Assembly (NCBI GenBank): GCA_041666485.1
Contig: JBAYGW010000002.1
Coordinates: 7,711-71,710, forward strand
Reading direction: 5' to 3'
DNA: 64,000 nucleotides
Origin: Patescibacteria group bacterium
GTDB taxonomy: Bacteria; Patescibacteriota; Patescibacteriia; UM-FILTER-42-10
Within the stretch, counting starts at the first letter, position 1; every line of letters begins with the position of its first letter. Below, piece by piece: positions 1 through 10,241 of this stretch. The notes beneath the pieces were generated by a model. That model was given only the letters and a program-made list of their open reading frames with translations. It had not been told where the DNA came from and made no database searches. Position numbers and translations under genes: made by a program.

Positions 1-879
1 AAGCACAAATTTAATCTCATTAATTATTGAGCTGACAATAAATTCAATCGTCCGTGGTATCTGACCCTGTGAAGAATCACCCGCTGCTGATATGCCGAAA
101 TCCCTTTTAAACTGCTCAGCACGATCCAGATTTACATTAAGGCTATTTGCTATGGCCTTAGTGATCGTGTTACCGCCGATATCAACACTCCGGTTCAATA
201 TCGGAATACCGTCAACAATAACACTGATATCACAGGCAATAGCCCCAATATCAACAATCATAGTCGCCGACCGATCATTACCGATCAGAGAGCGTTCCAA
301 GGCGAATGATTCAGTCTCCAAACTCACCAATTGGAGGTTCGCCTGCTTAAATATATCAACATACCTTTTTACTAGTGTCTTTGGTGCCGCTGTAAGCAAT
401 ATTCTGATATTTTTTGATCCACCGGTCGGTTGAGCAGTGTTAATCCTTTTATCATTGACTTCGTCCTCTTTTGCTCCCTTATCTTCCTTCTTGTCGGAAT
501 TCAACACCTTCCAATCCAGAATCATTTCTTCCAGAGGCATTGGAACGAATTTTTTTGCTTCCCAGCGAACCGCGGCAACTAAGTCCTTTTTTGACATTGA
601 TGGCAGACTGATGATTGAACTGAAAACCGCAAAACTGGGTAATGCTGCGACTGCTTTCATGGTAGTGACTTTTGCCTGGGAAATGATAGCTTTCAAAGCC
701 GCCACAATCTCCTTTTGAGCTTCCTGAGAATCACTTTTAATCACGTCCGTTGACTGCTCAGCAAAACCGTAGGTTATTAGTTTCGGCCTTCCTTTTTCGT
801 TCTCTAACTCAACAACTTTGATACTGGATGTCCCCAAATCAATTCCGATGAAACTTTTTTTTGAGCTGAATAATGCCAT
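1..879 (-). CDS. pilM: Type IV pilus assembly ATPase-like protein PilM. The N-terminus is in the window; the C-terminus runs off the left edge.
   Basis: My reverse-complement translation from the ATG at 877-879 gives MALFSSKKSFIGIDLGTSSIKVVELE..., then ...DIGAIACDISVIVDGIPIL...DIGGNTITKAIANSL... These are the characteristic actin-like PilM motifs. The reading frame stays open to position 1. The plus-strand ORFs 92-433 and 437-718 are antisense to this gene. Confidence 0.8.
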   Translation of the reverse strand, partial: MALFSSKKSFIGIDLGTSSIKVVELENEKGRPKLITYGFAEQSTDVIKSDSQEAQKEIVAALKAIISQAKVTTMKAVAALPSFAVFSSIISLPSMSKKDLVAAVRWEAKKFVPMPLEEMILDWKVLNSDKKEDKGAKEDEVNDKRINTAQPTGGSKNIRILLTAAPKTLVKRYVDIFKQANLQLVSLETESFALERSLIGNDRSATMIVDIGAIACDISVIVDGIPILNRSVDIGGNTITKAIANSLNVNLDRAEQFKRDFGISAAGDSSQGQIPRTIEFIVSSIINEIKFVL

Positions 880-918
880 AGGTTTATTTTTATATTTTAC
901 TGTATTTTTTGATTTTGT

Positions 919-3147
919 TTAAGGGGTGATCTCTATTGGTGCTACCTCACGCACAACCGGCAACGCTTCAGCAAAATCTCCGATCCCCGGAGGAGTGTTA
1001 ATTATTATTCTACCGTCATAGAAAATGCGCTCCGCTGCCTGAATATCTTCTACAGTACCAATCCCTGATCGCTGTAAAAATAGCTCGTGCGCAATTACTA
1101 ATCCGCTGATCACCAAATTTTCATCCCCGGCACCGGTATAAAACTCTCCAGTTCCGCCAACTAGTGATCCGCCGGTAGCCTCGCCTACAACTACAAAATT
1201 TCCTGCTACTTTGGAAACATTCGGGTTGATATGTACACTACCTTTAACAATCCATACTACTGAAGGGATATCTTTCAGTTCAGTATCAGCAGCATCAGTT
1301 GGTTGATACGTAATATTTTGTTCAATATACATATCACCGTCCACAACCACCGTGCCTGACGCAGTTTCATTCTGCACTTCAAGTCCGCTTTGAATTTCCG
1401 TCGCGAGATCTACGGTAAGATCGCCCTGGATATGATATACCTTTCCTTGCAACTGAGACAGCCCATTTAACCACAAATTCTGTCCAAGAGTGCCGCCGGG
1501 ATACACCTCTACGACATTACCAAACTTATTTCTGAAGTCACCCGGTAATACTTCCACACGACTGGTAATTCCGTCCAAATCCAGCTTGCCCATGACATTC
1601 GTGTATTTATTGGTGGCTAGCGGCGGTACTAGCGGGTCATATCCCGGTCGTAAATAGTCGGAACCGCTTTCGCTGGTATATCTTTGGATTGCACCGCCCG
1701 TTTGTATTAAAAAGGTGGAATTATAGAAAAGTCCGGCGGTTAAAGGGCTTGTCGGCAGGTTAAATATTTCTCCAGAACCCACTCCTTCCTTTGAATAAAC
1801 ATCTCCCTGCACTGTCTGTAAAAATGGCGCCACGTAGGTCGGCGGTAATTGACTTACACCGGTATAGTCGCTGAAGGATATCCACCCTAAACCTACAGAT
1901 TCATTATAGCACGTTAATCCGATACATTCTGTTCCTCCGCCCGACCAACCATCACCGTCAAACTCCCCCGTATCTATGCTCATTGAAACCCCGTAATCAA
2001 CCGTATCATCATCTGTTGCGTGCATTTTAACCCATCCCCAGTTTTCAAAATGGCCCTTTGCCCCCTCTTTTTGTAAAGAAATGAGTCGCGCCCAGCCCAC
2101 AACATCGCCTAATTGATAATTCCCGTTTGAATCAGCGGCAGCAGTCGCGCTGTCCAGAAATACTTTTGCCGAATAGTCAGGACTTTCAGGATAAGGATTT
2201 GGGTCAAAATCTATCCATCCGATCGGGTTGCCATCAGAAGATTCACCGATCCAAGCATAGCCTGATACATTACCCGAGACAGAATCAACAGATACTTTAA
2301 AATCAGATGTCGCACAAACATTAGCTCCTCCCGCCCCGGCGGTGTTACAGTTCAAGGCAATCCAACCGATATTAGTATCATACAAAACATCCAGTTTGTC
2401 AGTATTACCGATCCAGGCATAACCCTCCAGAGCACCACTGGCCAGATTTACGTCAGTATCAACTGGATCAAATGAAATCCAGCCCAAACCGGTAGTAACA
2501 TTTTCATATGTGCTTGGCGGCAACTGATCATTTGCCAGATGTCCGCCAGCCCAGGCATAGCCTGATACATTATTAGTGGCAAAATCAATGTTTACACCGA
2601 ACTGACGGTTAGTACTCGGCGCCGGTCCCAGCAAAATCCAACCCCAATCCTCATAACCCAAATATTCTCCCGCTTCTTTGATTGATTTTATCCGCGCCCA
2701 ACCGGAAACCTGCCCGGCATAGGGAGATCCGACCGGTTCTACTCTTGCGGAATAATACGGCTGACCCGGAAATGGCTGTGGTGCAAAATCCAACCAACCC
2801 ACGCCCGTAACCGCACCGGAATCATCCAGTATCCCGTTCCAGCTGTAGCCTGTAATATCACCAGACACAGGATCAACGCGTACGCCGTAACGCGTTCCGC
2901 ACCGGCTTTCCATATCCGTTGTGAAATAGTTATAACAGTTGTTGCTGAACCAGCCAATATGGGTAAACTCGGGAGTGTCAATATTCTCTGTTCCGATACC
3001 TGACCAATTCCATCCCGAAACATTTGTTTCATCCCAAGCCGGCTGCGCAGCGACAACTCTATTTATGTTAAAGACCGCCAGAAAAACAAACACCGAAAAA
3101 ATTACGACTGAACTTAATATTATTAATTTTTTTTTGTGTTTTTGCAT
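919..3147 (-). CDS. Large secreted or membrane-anchored repeat protein, 742 aa. It has an N-terminal signal-anchor and about eight aromatic repeats, and lies directly upstream of pilM on the same strand.
   Basis: Complete ORF. The N-terminus MQKHKKKLIILSSVVIFSVFVFLAVF is hydrophobic. Repeated motifs include NVSGYAWIG...GWISFDP, GWIDFDPNP, GWLDFAP and GWARI. I cannot assign a family with certainty. Confidence 0.6.
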   Translation of the reverse strand: MQKHKKKLIILSSVVIFSVFVFLAVFNINRVVAAQPAWDETNVSGWNWSGIGTENIDTPEFTHIGWFSNNCYNYFTTDMESRCGTRYGVRVDPVSGDITGYSWNGILDDSGAVTGVGWLDFAPQPFPGQPYYSARVEPVGSPYAGQVSGWARIKSIKEAGEYLGYEDWGWILLGPAPSTNRQFGVNIDFATNNVSGYAWAGGHLANDQLPPSTYENVTTGLGWISFDPVDTDVNLASGALEGYAWIGNTDKLDVLYDTNIGWIALNCNTAGAGGANVCATSDFKVSVDSVSGNVSGYAWIGESSDGNPIGWIDFDPNPYPESPDYSAKVFLDSATAAADSNGNYQLGDVVGWARLISLQKEGAKGHFENWGWVKMHATDDDTVDYGVSMSIDTGEFDGDGWSGGGTECIGLTCYNESVGLGWISFSDYTGVSQLPPTYVAPFLQTVQGDVYSKEGVGSGEIFNLPTSPLTAGLFYNSTFLIQTGGAIQRYTSESGSDYLRPGYDPLVPPLATNKYTNVMGKLDLDGITSRVEVLPGDFRNKFGNVVEVYPGGTLGQNLWLNGLSQLQGKVYHIQGDLTVDLATEIQSGLEVQNETASGTVVVDGDMYIEQNITYQPTDAADTELKDIPSVVWIVKGSVHINPNVSKVAGNFVVVGEATGGSLVGGTGEFYTGAGDENLVISGLVIAHELFLQRSGIGTVEDIQAAERIFYDGRIIINTPPGIGDFAEALPVVREVAPIEITP

Positions 3148-3175
3148 AACTTATTAACCGCTTAAACAGGTGGGA

Positions 3176-4645
3176 CTATATTGATACCGATTTCCATCCT
3201 GTATCATCACATACATATAATTTGTTACCTGTCGCGTCCAGTACCATCCTGCCTACTTCATCCGCAACATCACAATCACCGGCGGCAGGTGCTGCGGTTA
3301 TTGAATCTATCTGTAAATATGCCGGGCTGGCATCTTCATTATCAACCCGAAGACTACCTCTTACCCTTAATGCATCAGTCAGACTGGTTGTTCCGATTCC
3401 CACATTTGATCCGAAGGTGGTAGTCAGATCTCCCGTGACGTGTACATCGCCGGAGAAATACCCCGCGTAACTCACCCCACCGTTTACTTCCGCGCCTTCA
3501 GTGGCGTAAAGACCGTAAGTATTAATATGTTCAATTGGAGAATCTGCGCTAGCCGTTCCCGCTTTTGCATATACACCATATGTATCAACATAGCCATGAG
3601 ACAGATTCGTATCCGCGCTTTCACCTAACACGCCCGCTGATTTAGCATGATTAAAAATACCTGTGCCAAATATAACCGCACTCTTCCCTTTCAATCCCGG
3701 CGCAAAATAATCTGTACTGTTAATGCTATAACCGGAATTAAACCCGGCGGTACCGGCCCTGCTACTGCTACTTGTTACGCCCCTCACTCCGTAGGTGCCG
3801 GCTAATCCATCACCCTCCACACCAGCGCGCCAAGAACTGCCTGAGTTGACTCCGTAAATAGTTGACTCTGTACCATTACTAAATGCCTCTATCCCCCGAA
3901 TCGTTGTCACGGGGGATGTAGGTGTGCCGACATAGAGCGTGGCATTAGCGTCAGGAATTGTGGCTGATCCGATAATCATTCTACCATTTGCAATACTGGC
4001 ATCTCCATTATCAACATCCAGGGCATAAGTCGGTGCGGGAGTGCCGATACCCACTCTGTTATTTGTCGCATCAACGGCTAAGGTATATGAATCAATATTT
4101 ATTCCGCCCAGAGCTGTAATATTTCTTCCGGCCCAAAAATCTCCAATATGATTTATTGAACCCACTACTGTTGAAGCACCACTCTCTCCTTTAATAAAAT
4201 TGAATGTATGACTAGTGCTGTTGAAAGCTATTCCAACATTATTTGGAGAATTTTCAAAATGAATCCCATTAACAAATTCATCCGTTGTATTTGATTTCAG
4301 CCATATTTTATTCCAAGCGATTGATGATGCATATGTTCCGCTCCCAAGAGAATAGCTGCTATCCGAACCGGGGACAATACTTCCTTCAGAAAAAGTATCT
4401 CCTTCAACATATAGCTGGTACGCTCCCGGGGAGGCGGCACTGCCCAGCCGCAGACTGCCGATTTTGTATTGTTCAGCCGCTGAGATATTGATCGGTGCGG
4501 CAATATCCCCTGCCGGCGGAGTGCTGGAAGGAGCAGTCCAGGCTGCCAGGACGATGTTAACACCCATGCCAACAATTGCGCTGATAACCACAACGCTTAA
4601 ACTAACAATTGCTGTTCTGTTAAATTTATGAAACATTTTTTTCAT
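3176..4645 (-). CDS. Glycine-rich, tail-fibre-like secreted protein, paralog 1 of 3 (489 aa).
   Basis: N-terminal signal peptide with a likely cleavage site at VLAA|WTAP. Gly/Ser/Thr-rich body with VGIGTPAPTYALDV motifs of the kind seen in phage tail-fibre-like proteins. The C-terminus is GNKLYVCDDTGWKSV. Shares its N-terminal pattern (W-x-P-T...PP...N-S...Q-K-G-L) with the two downstream paralogs. Confidence 0.6.
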   Translation of the reverse strand: MKKMFHKFNRTAIVSLSVVVISAIVGMGVNIVLAAWTAPSSTPPAGDIAAPINISAAEQYKIGSLRLGSAASPGAYQLYVEGDTFSEGSIVPGSDSSYSLGSGTYASSIAWNKIWLKSNTTDEFVNGIHFENSPNNVGIAFNSTSHTFNFIKGESGASTVVGSINHIGDFWAGRNITALGGINIDSYTLAVDATNNRVGIGTPAPTYALDVDNGDASIANGRMIIGSATIPDANATLYVGTPTSPVTTIRGIEAFSNGTESTIYGVNSGSSWRAGVEGDGLAGTYGVRGVTSSSSRAGTAGFNSGYSINSTDYFAPGLKGKSAVIFGTGIFNHAKSAGVLGESADTNLSHGYVDTYGVYAKAGTASADSPIEHINTYGLYATEGAEVNGGVSYAGYFSGDVHVTGDLTTTFGSNVGIGTTSLTDALRVRGSLRVDNEDASPAYLQIDSITAAPAAGDCDVADEVGRMVLDATGNKLYVCDDTGWKSVSI

Positions 4646-4677
4646 TGTTATGTATGATTTTTAGTTGAGGCATTTAA

Positions 4678-6357
4678 TTAAGGAATAAACTCACCCTCCC
4701 CGGGATCTGAAGGCCATATATGCCCTCCCCCAATAGGAGGTAGTGGTGGTTCTAAACAAGTCACGGTGGTTAAATCATATCCGATATTTACCCAGCGATA
4801 ATTCATACGAACCATTATTGCTGTATAACGTTGTGTGTCACTAGCACACCATGAACAGGTAAACATAGTTCCTTCGGCATATACTGCCGGTGTGACATTG
4901 CAACCGCTTGACTCAGTACTCAAATACGGAAATCCGCCATCCATATACATTTTCCCTATGTACTCAATACCTCCACCCGCAGAAATATCATCCCTAAGCC
5001 ATATGTCACTATTTGTTCCGGTCAGATTAATATCACTGTCCGTACCGGCAAGGTTCAGATTACTAAAACCATTTATATCTGATTCTGCGGTTAGTGTGTT
5101 ATAAGCTTTTAGTTTAGACGTTACGGATAGATCTCCGTTCATTTGCACAAAACCATCAAACCACCCCGCATATGTATTACCGCCAATTTCATTTCCAACC
5201 CCCATTATTCCAACCGACTGACCATTGCCCGGATCACCCGCTTTACCAAAAACGCCAAAGTTCCATCCGGTGCCTGTGCCAGAATAAGTTACAGTTCCAC
5301 TTTCACCATATATTGCTGCTGCCGTCTCTGTCTGTGCGCCATAATCAACACCTGTACTATTACTACCTGCCAAACCATAGATTGTTGATGTATTATCCGA
5401 ACCAATCACATGCAATCTTGTTTTTGGATTGACCGTACTAACACCCACTTTATTCGTTAATGACCGAACAACTAATGTACTACCATCAACTACGAAATCA
5501 CTATTACCCCCTGTGCTGGAAATAATATCAACTGACCCTTCAAACAACCCTGCTCGTGTTGTACCGGACGCGTCAAAGTGTGGATCAAGTAAATCTTCAG
5601 TATTATCAAAACCCGCAACACCATACAGCCCCCTACCCACTAACCCATAGGCATTATTCCTCCCTCTTGCATATAAACCCCCATCCAATTCCGTCCATTC
5701 ATCCCTTTTTGCGTCAGCCAATACGCCGTACCCGGTCAGACTCCCGGAAGATACCCCATAACGGTAACCGGATCCGAAGACACCGGTTCCTCCCGAAGCG
5801 TCATTTATTCCTTGGATAGTCGCAAGAGCTATAGAATCATTTTCAACATCTATCCCCGGCTCATCTTCTGCTTTGACTGTCACAAATCCTTTAACGACAG
5901 AAGTGTTTATAAGGACGGAATCTCCCGGACCATCAACATATAGGACATTTAGCAATCCGTCGTGAACATCAAGTTTTGTACCAACAATTGCGCTACCAAT
6001 AGATGCTGACCATGTATCCAGACTGCCAGTAACATTCAAATCAGCCTCCATGCCGATATCACCCCCTAAATAAGAACTGCCCATTACATAAAATTTCTCG
6101 CCGGAAGCGACACCAGAGGCAACGCGTAGAACGCCTTCCTGAGTCGCCACATTCAGCCCGCCTATTTTTTCCTGTCCTGACAGCGAAGTATTCAGGGGTG
6201 GTTCCAGATCACCTAAGTTAGGAGCGACAGCCGTCGGATCTTGCCATGTGGCGGCAACTACGATATTTACACTAAGCCCCACAAAAAAACTCGTCAGGAT
6301 AAAAGAAATACTGATAATTGCTGTTTTGTTTAACTGTCTAAGTGCTTTTTTCATCAA
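4678..6357 (-). CDS. Glycine-rich, tail-fibre-like secreted protein, paralog 2 (559 aa).
   Basis: Signal peptide with cleavage site at VVAA|TWQDPT. Internal motif VGVSTVNPKTRLHVIGSDN. The Cys-containing C-terminal domain CNVTPAVYAEGTMFTCSWC...RMNYRWVNIGY is conserved in the 6366-8030 paralog. Confidence 0.65.
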   Translation of the reverse strand: MMKKALRQLNKTAIISISFILTSFFVGLSVNIVVAATWQDPTAVAPNLGDLEPPLNTSLSGQEKIGGLNVATQEGVLRVASGVASGEKFYVMGSSYLGGDIGMEADLNVTGSLDTWSASIGSAIVGTKLDVHDGLLNVLYVDGPGDSVLINTSVVKGFVTVKAEDEPGIDVENDSIALATIQGINDASGGTGVFGSGYRYGVSSGSLTGYGVLADAKRDEWTELDGGLYARGRNNAYGLVGRGLYGVAGFDNTEDLLDPHFDASGTTRAGLFEGSVDIISSTGGNSDFVVDGSTLVVRSLTNKVGVSTVNPKTRLHVIGSDNTSTIYGLAGSNSTGVDYGAQTETAAAIYGESGTVTYSGTGTGWNFGVFGKAGDPGNGQSVGIMGVGNEIGGNTYAGWFDGFVQMNGDLSVTSKLKAYNTLTAESDINGFSNLNLAGTDSDINLTGTNSDIWLRDDISAGGGIEYIGKMYMDGGFPYLSTESSGCNVTPAVYAEGTMFTCSWCASDTQRYTAIMVRMNYRWVNIGYDLTTVTCLEPPLPPIGGGHIWPSDPGEGEFIP

Positions 6358-6365
6358 ATCTTCCC

Positions 6366-8030
6366 CTATGGTTGCATATTAGGAAGCTCGGGATTATAAG
6401 GATCACCACCACAAAGCGCGCCTTTGGAATATCCGATATTAATCCACTTTCCGTTCAGTCTCGCCATTACCGCGTGAATACGCTGAGTTGTCAGACTGGG
6501 GCACCAATAACAGACAAACATTGTCCCTTCAGCATAGTACGTAGGCGCAACATTGCATTCCGCCGCGACCCCCCCCTCCATCGCCGGAAGCCCGCCGGTC
6601 ATAATCAGTTTTCCGTTATAAGTGATATCACCGCCCGCCGAAATATCACCGGTCAATGTGATATCACTGTCAGCGCTGGTCATAATAATATCACTACCTG
6701 TACCGGCTAAATTCAAGTCACCATAGCCATAAATGTTACCATCAACATCAAGAATATCACCGATCTCCACAGGACCTACTACTGAAAGTTGGCCATCTAT
6801 TTTTACGTCTCCATCAAAAAACCCGGCATATGAATTTACAGCTCCATTGAAATCCATACCCAAGATTCCCGCCGTCTTACCAGTTCCAGGGTTACCTGCT
6901 TTTCCATAGACACCAAAATTCCAACCTACCCCAGCAACACTATATGTTACTGTCCCGCCCTCACCATATACTCCTGCTACTGTATGTGTTGGATCACTAT
7001 AATCTGGCAATAAAGAATTTATTCCCGCCTGAGCATATATAGCAGATTGATTATCTGTTCCTAACACATGAAGTTTTACCGACGGATTGGTAGTCCCAAT
7101 CCCCACCCCATCAGTAGAAGAATTGACAACAAAAGTGTTAGTATCAACAGTGAAGTCGGCATTTCCACCTGAGCTCGGCACTATCTCTACTGATCCTTGA
7201 AATAGTGCCGCCAATGTTCCATCAGGACCATTTATAACTGGGTTATAAACATCTTCAGTATTATCTAATCCAACAACGCCATACAGCCCTCTTCCGACAG
7301 CTCCATACTTTTCATTTCCACCACGAGCGTAAAGACCTCCTATCCCGGTAAGGCTCGCGTCTGCCAGTACGCCATAACCATTTAGTGAAACACCCCATAC
7401 ACCAAATTGATCAGCATAACCATAGATTCCCGTTCCACCGACTGTGGAAATATTTGTTGCTTGAACAGCTGCCATTGTGGCTGAATTATTTTCCGAATAG
7501 ATTCCTGATCTGTCTCCGGTGGTAATACTCAACTTGCCCAGATCATTTGTTGAATTTATAAATACTGTATCTGTAACACTGTCTACTCTAAGTAATCCGC
7601 TTCGGACATTTAAATCATCAGTTATGGTTGCAATACCGGATACTAATAAATCTGACATTGTTATAGCACCAGAAACAGACTCGTTTCCAATGACATTAAC
7701 ATTTCCGTTTAATAATGTAGTGCCTTCAACATAAAGTTTATTACTACCCGCTGTGCTTGAAGAACCAACGACCAGCGCACCATCCTGAGTCGCCACATAG
7801 AGGCCTCCCTTCTTTGTCTGAGTAGAGGTGGATGTATTGATTGGCGGCTCTAATTCTGAAGGAAAATTCGGTGGTGTAACGGTTGGGTTCTGCCAAACAG
7901 CTGAAAATACGTATTTCGGTGCTAATATTCCTCCAAATATTGAAAAAATTCCAATAATCAAGCAAAAAACAGCCACCTTACTTACCTTCAGGGAAGCTGT
8001 TTTCATTATTTTAATGGTTTTTATCTTCAT
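6366..8030 (-). CDS. Glycine-rich, tail-fibre-like secreted protein, paralog 3 (554 aa).
   Basis: Signal peptide with cleavage site at VFSA|VWQNPT. Motif VGIGTTNPSVKLHVLGTDN. C-terminus CNVAPTYYAEGTMFVCYWC...RLNGKWINIGY, clearly homologous to paralog 2. Confidence 0.65.
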   Translation of the reverse strand: MKIKTIKIMKTASLKVSKVAVFCLIIGIFSIFGGILAPKYVFSAVWQNPTVTPPNFPSELEPPINTSTSTQTKKGGLYVATQDGALVVGSSSTAGSNKLYVEGTTLLNGNVNVIGNESVSGAITMSDLLVSGIATITDDLNVRSGLLRVDSVTDTVFINSTNDLGKLSITTGDRSGIYSENNSATMAAVQATNISTVGGTGIYGYADQFGVWGVSLNGYGVLADASLTGIGGLYARGGNEKYGAVGRGLYGVVGLDNTEDVYNPVINGPDGTLAALFQGSVEIVPSSGGNADFTVDTNTFVVNSSTDGVGIGTTNPSVKLHVLGTDNQSAIYAQAGINSLLPDYSDPTHTVAGVYGEGGTVTYSVAGVGWNFGVYGKAGNPGTGKTAGILGMDFNGAVNSYAGFFDGDVKIDGQLSVVGPVEIGDILDVDGNIYGYGDLNLAGTGSDIIMTSADSDITLTGDISAGGDITYNGKLIMTGGLPAMEGGVAAECNVAPTYYAEGTMFVCYWCPSLTTQRIHAVMARLNGKWINIGYSKGALCGGDPYNPELPNMQP

Positions 8031-8080
8031 TTTTGTTTAATTCAAGTAGAAAACTTCGTAAATAGCGACTTAACTACTCT

Positions 8081-8110
8081 TTGACAAAAGGTCTTATAAC
8101 ATTATATAAT
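8081..8110 (+). promoter_or_regulatory. Candidate sigma70-type promoter for the plus-strand block that starts at 8165, located in a divergent intergenic region.
   Basis: TTGACA at 8081-8086, followed 16-18 nt later by a TATATAAT-rich -10 region (8103-8110). The surrounding intergenic sequence is AT-rich. Confidence 0.3.
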
Positions 8111-8164
8111 ATAATCTGAAATAAGCCAAGTATATATTCAATATTTTACCACAAGTAAAAAGAA

Positions 8165-8689
8165 ATGTCAATAACAAAAAACCGTCAGTCAAACGATTCT
8201 AATATCCAGAAGAACATGGGTGTTGCCATTGTTGTAATAACAATCTGTGCAGGGATAGTTGCTATGGCAATTGGCTACCATTGGGGTTATTACAAAGGAA
8301 CACAAAAAAATCAAGAAAATGGCTCAATTATGGCTAATAATACGCTAAATGATGAATTTGGTAATGTTACCCTTTGCCAGGGTAAGGTAGTCAGTATTGA
8401 GGGTAATAAGCTCCTTATTACGGCAAAAGTGGATGAAAACGGAGAAAAAGTTGAAAAAACTGTCACAGTAAACACGACCGATAATACAACCTACCGTAAA
8501 GTTGACATATCAGTCCCCCCGATTGACCCTGAAGAGCTGGAAAACGGAGTGGAAAATTCGCGTGAAACGGCAATTGAGTTGAAAGATGTTCAAATCGGGG
8601 ATAATATTATTGCGGAGGCCAGTGAAAATATATATGGAAAAACTAGTTTTCAAACATATCAAGTAACCGTTCTTTCAATAGGTAATTAA
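8165..8689 (+). CDS. Hypothetical membrane-anchored protein (174 aa).
   Basis: Complete ORF with a single N-terminal TM segment (GVAIVVITICAGIVAMAIGYHWGYY). No motif I recognise. Confidence 0.5.
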   Translation: MSITKNRQSNDSNIQKNMGVAIVVITICAGIVAMAIGYHWGYYKGTQKNQENGSIMANNTLNDEFGNVTLCQGKVVSIEGNKLLITAKVDENGEKVEKTVTVNTTDNTTYRKVDISVPPIDPEELENGVENSRETAIELKDVQIGDNIIAEASENIYGKTSFQTYQVTVLSIGN

Positions 8690-8710
8690 TAATAAAAGAA
8701 AGGAATTTCC

Positions 8711-9268
8711 ATGGATACATTATTATGGGTCGTCGTGGGGTTGGTTGCCATAGTTGGTCTATGGTTCATTGCCACCTACAATGGACTCATCCGGTTAAAG
8801 AACAGGACTGACGAAGCTTGGTCCGATATTGACGTACAATTAAAACGCCGATACGATTTAATACCCAATCTTGTTGAAACAGTAAAAGGTTACGCAACAC
8901 ATGAACGTGAACTCTTTGAGAAAGTGACACAAGCTCGCAGTAATGCTATGCAGGCAACTACTCCGGAAACACAGGCTAAAGCTGAAAATATGTTGGCCGG
9001 TACATTGAAATCGCTTTTTGCCGTCGCAGAGAATTATCCGGACTTAAAGGCCAATCAGAATTTTGCAAAACTGCAGGATGAATTGTCCGACACTGAAAAT
9101 AAGATTCAGGCTTCCAGAAGATTCTACAATGGAAACGTACGCGACTTCAACACCAAGATTCAGGTCTTCCCCACCAATATGGTCGGCAATATGCTCGGTT
9201 TCAAACAAAGAGAATTCTTTGAGATTGAAGACGCGACACAGAAAGAAAATGTTGCTGTAAAATTCTAA
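8711..9268 (+). CDS. lemA: LemA family protein.
   Basis: N-terminal TM segment, then DVQLKRRYDLIPNLVETVKGYATHERELFEKVTQAR, ...NYPDLKANQNF...L.DEL..TENKI..SRRFYN. This is the canonical LemA signature. An RBS-like aaaggaa sits upstream of the ATG. Confidence 0.85.
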   Translation: MDTLLWVVVGLVAIVGLWFIATYNGLIRLKNRTDEAWSDIDVQLKRRYDLIPNLVETVKGYATHERELFEKVTQARSNAMQATTPETQAKAENMLAGTLKSLFAVAENYPDLKANQNFAKLQDELSDTENKIQASRRFYNGNVRDFNTKIQVFPTNMVGNMLGFKQREFFEIEDATQKENVAVKF

Positions 9269-9330
9269 TCTTTATTCTAATTAAGAACGAAGCGCGGAAT
9301 TATCATCCGCGCTTCAATTGCCTATAAAAA

Positions 9331-10227
9331 ATGTATAACCAAATTGATTCAAATAAAAGAAAGTCTATCACACTGATTATTCTTTTTGTTGTAATAGTTG
9401 CATTGATCGGTTGGGCATTTGGCGCAATGACTGATTTGGGGTATACCGGTTTAATCTTTGCGATAATTTTCGCGGTGTCAACTTCAATGTACGGTTACTA
9501 TTCGGGGGACAAGGTTGCATTATGGACTTCCGGGGCAAGGCAGATTACCAGTGAGGAAAATCCCTACGTTTATCGCATGGTTGAAAATCTGAGCATTACC
9601 GCTGGCATACCGGTACCGAAGGTTCACATCATCACTGACAGCACAATTAATGCATTTGCCACGGGTCGGGATCCGGAACATGCCTCAATTGCCGTCACCA
9701 CCGGCGCGGTTGAAAAGCTGGAAAACGAAGAACTGGAAGGAGTGCTGGCTCATGAGCTGTCGCATATCAAAAACTACGACATCCGTTTAATGACTCTGGT
9801 AATTATTTGTGTAGGGATTATCGCTTTGTTGTCTAACTGGTTTTTCCGTATCAGCTTTTTCGGTGGAAGAAAAAGTTCACGTGAAGGAGGAGGACAGATA
9901 CAATTAGTTATCATGGTAATTGGGATCATCTTACTGATTTTTGCACCGATTATCGCGCAATTGATTAAACTGGCTGTATCCAGAAAAAGAGAATTCCTTG
10001 CTGACGCCTCCGGAGCACTATTAACCAGATACCCGGCAGGTCTCGCAAATGCGCTGGAAAAAATTGAAAATCAAAACGTAGAACCAATGTTGCGGGCGAA
10101 TAATTCAACCGCTCACCTTTTCATTTCTAATCCGTTCGGTCAAAGAGCACGTAAAGGTTTGGCAAAACTATTCCTAACCCATCCTCCGATTGAAGAAAGG
10201 GTTACAGCACTTCGTGCAATGGCATAA
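9331..10227 (+). CDS. htpX: HtpX-like M48 family zinc metalloprotease.
   Basis: HELSHIKNYD (HExxH zinc motif), multiple TM segments, and a C-terminal ...HPPIEERV motif. Adjacent to lemA, which is the common LemA-HtpX pairing. Confidence 0.8.
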   Translation: MYNQIDSNKRKSITLIILFVVIVALIGWAFGAMTDLGYTGLIFAIIFAVSTSMYGYYSGDKVALWTSGARQITSEENPYVYRMVENLSITAGIPVPKVHIITDSTINAFATGRDPEHASIAVTTGAVEKLENEELEGVLAHELSHIKNYDIRLMTLVIICVGIIALLSNWFFRISFFGGRKSSREGGGQIQLVIMVIGIILLIFAPIIAQLIKLAVSRKREFLADASGALLTRYPAGLANALEKIENQNVEPMLRANNSTAHLFISNPFGQRARKGLAKLFLTHPPIEERVTALRAMA

Positions 10228-10241
10228 TCAATTATATTTCT

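Noticed and set aside
92-718. Plus-strand ORFs 92-433 and 437-718.
   Set aside because: They are antisense to a clear minus-strand pilM reading frame that starts at 879. Their composition is low-complexity, typical of antisense translation.
2739-5819. Numerous 60-120-aa ORFs inside the large minus-strand genes, for example 2739-3056, 3222-3470, 4297-4593 and 5172-5432.
   Set aside because: They are fully nested within long, coherent reading frames of the secreted-protein genes, and none has an independent signal.
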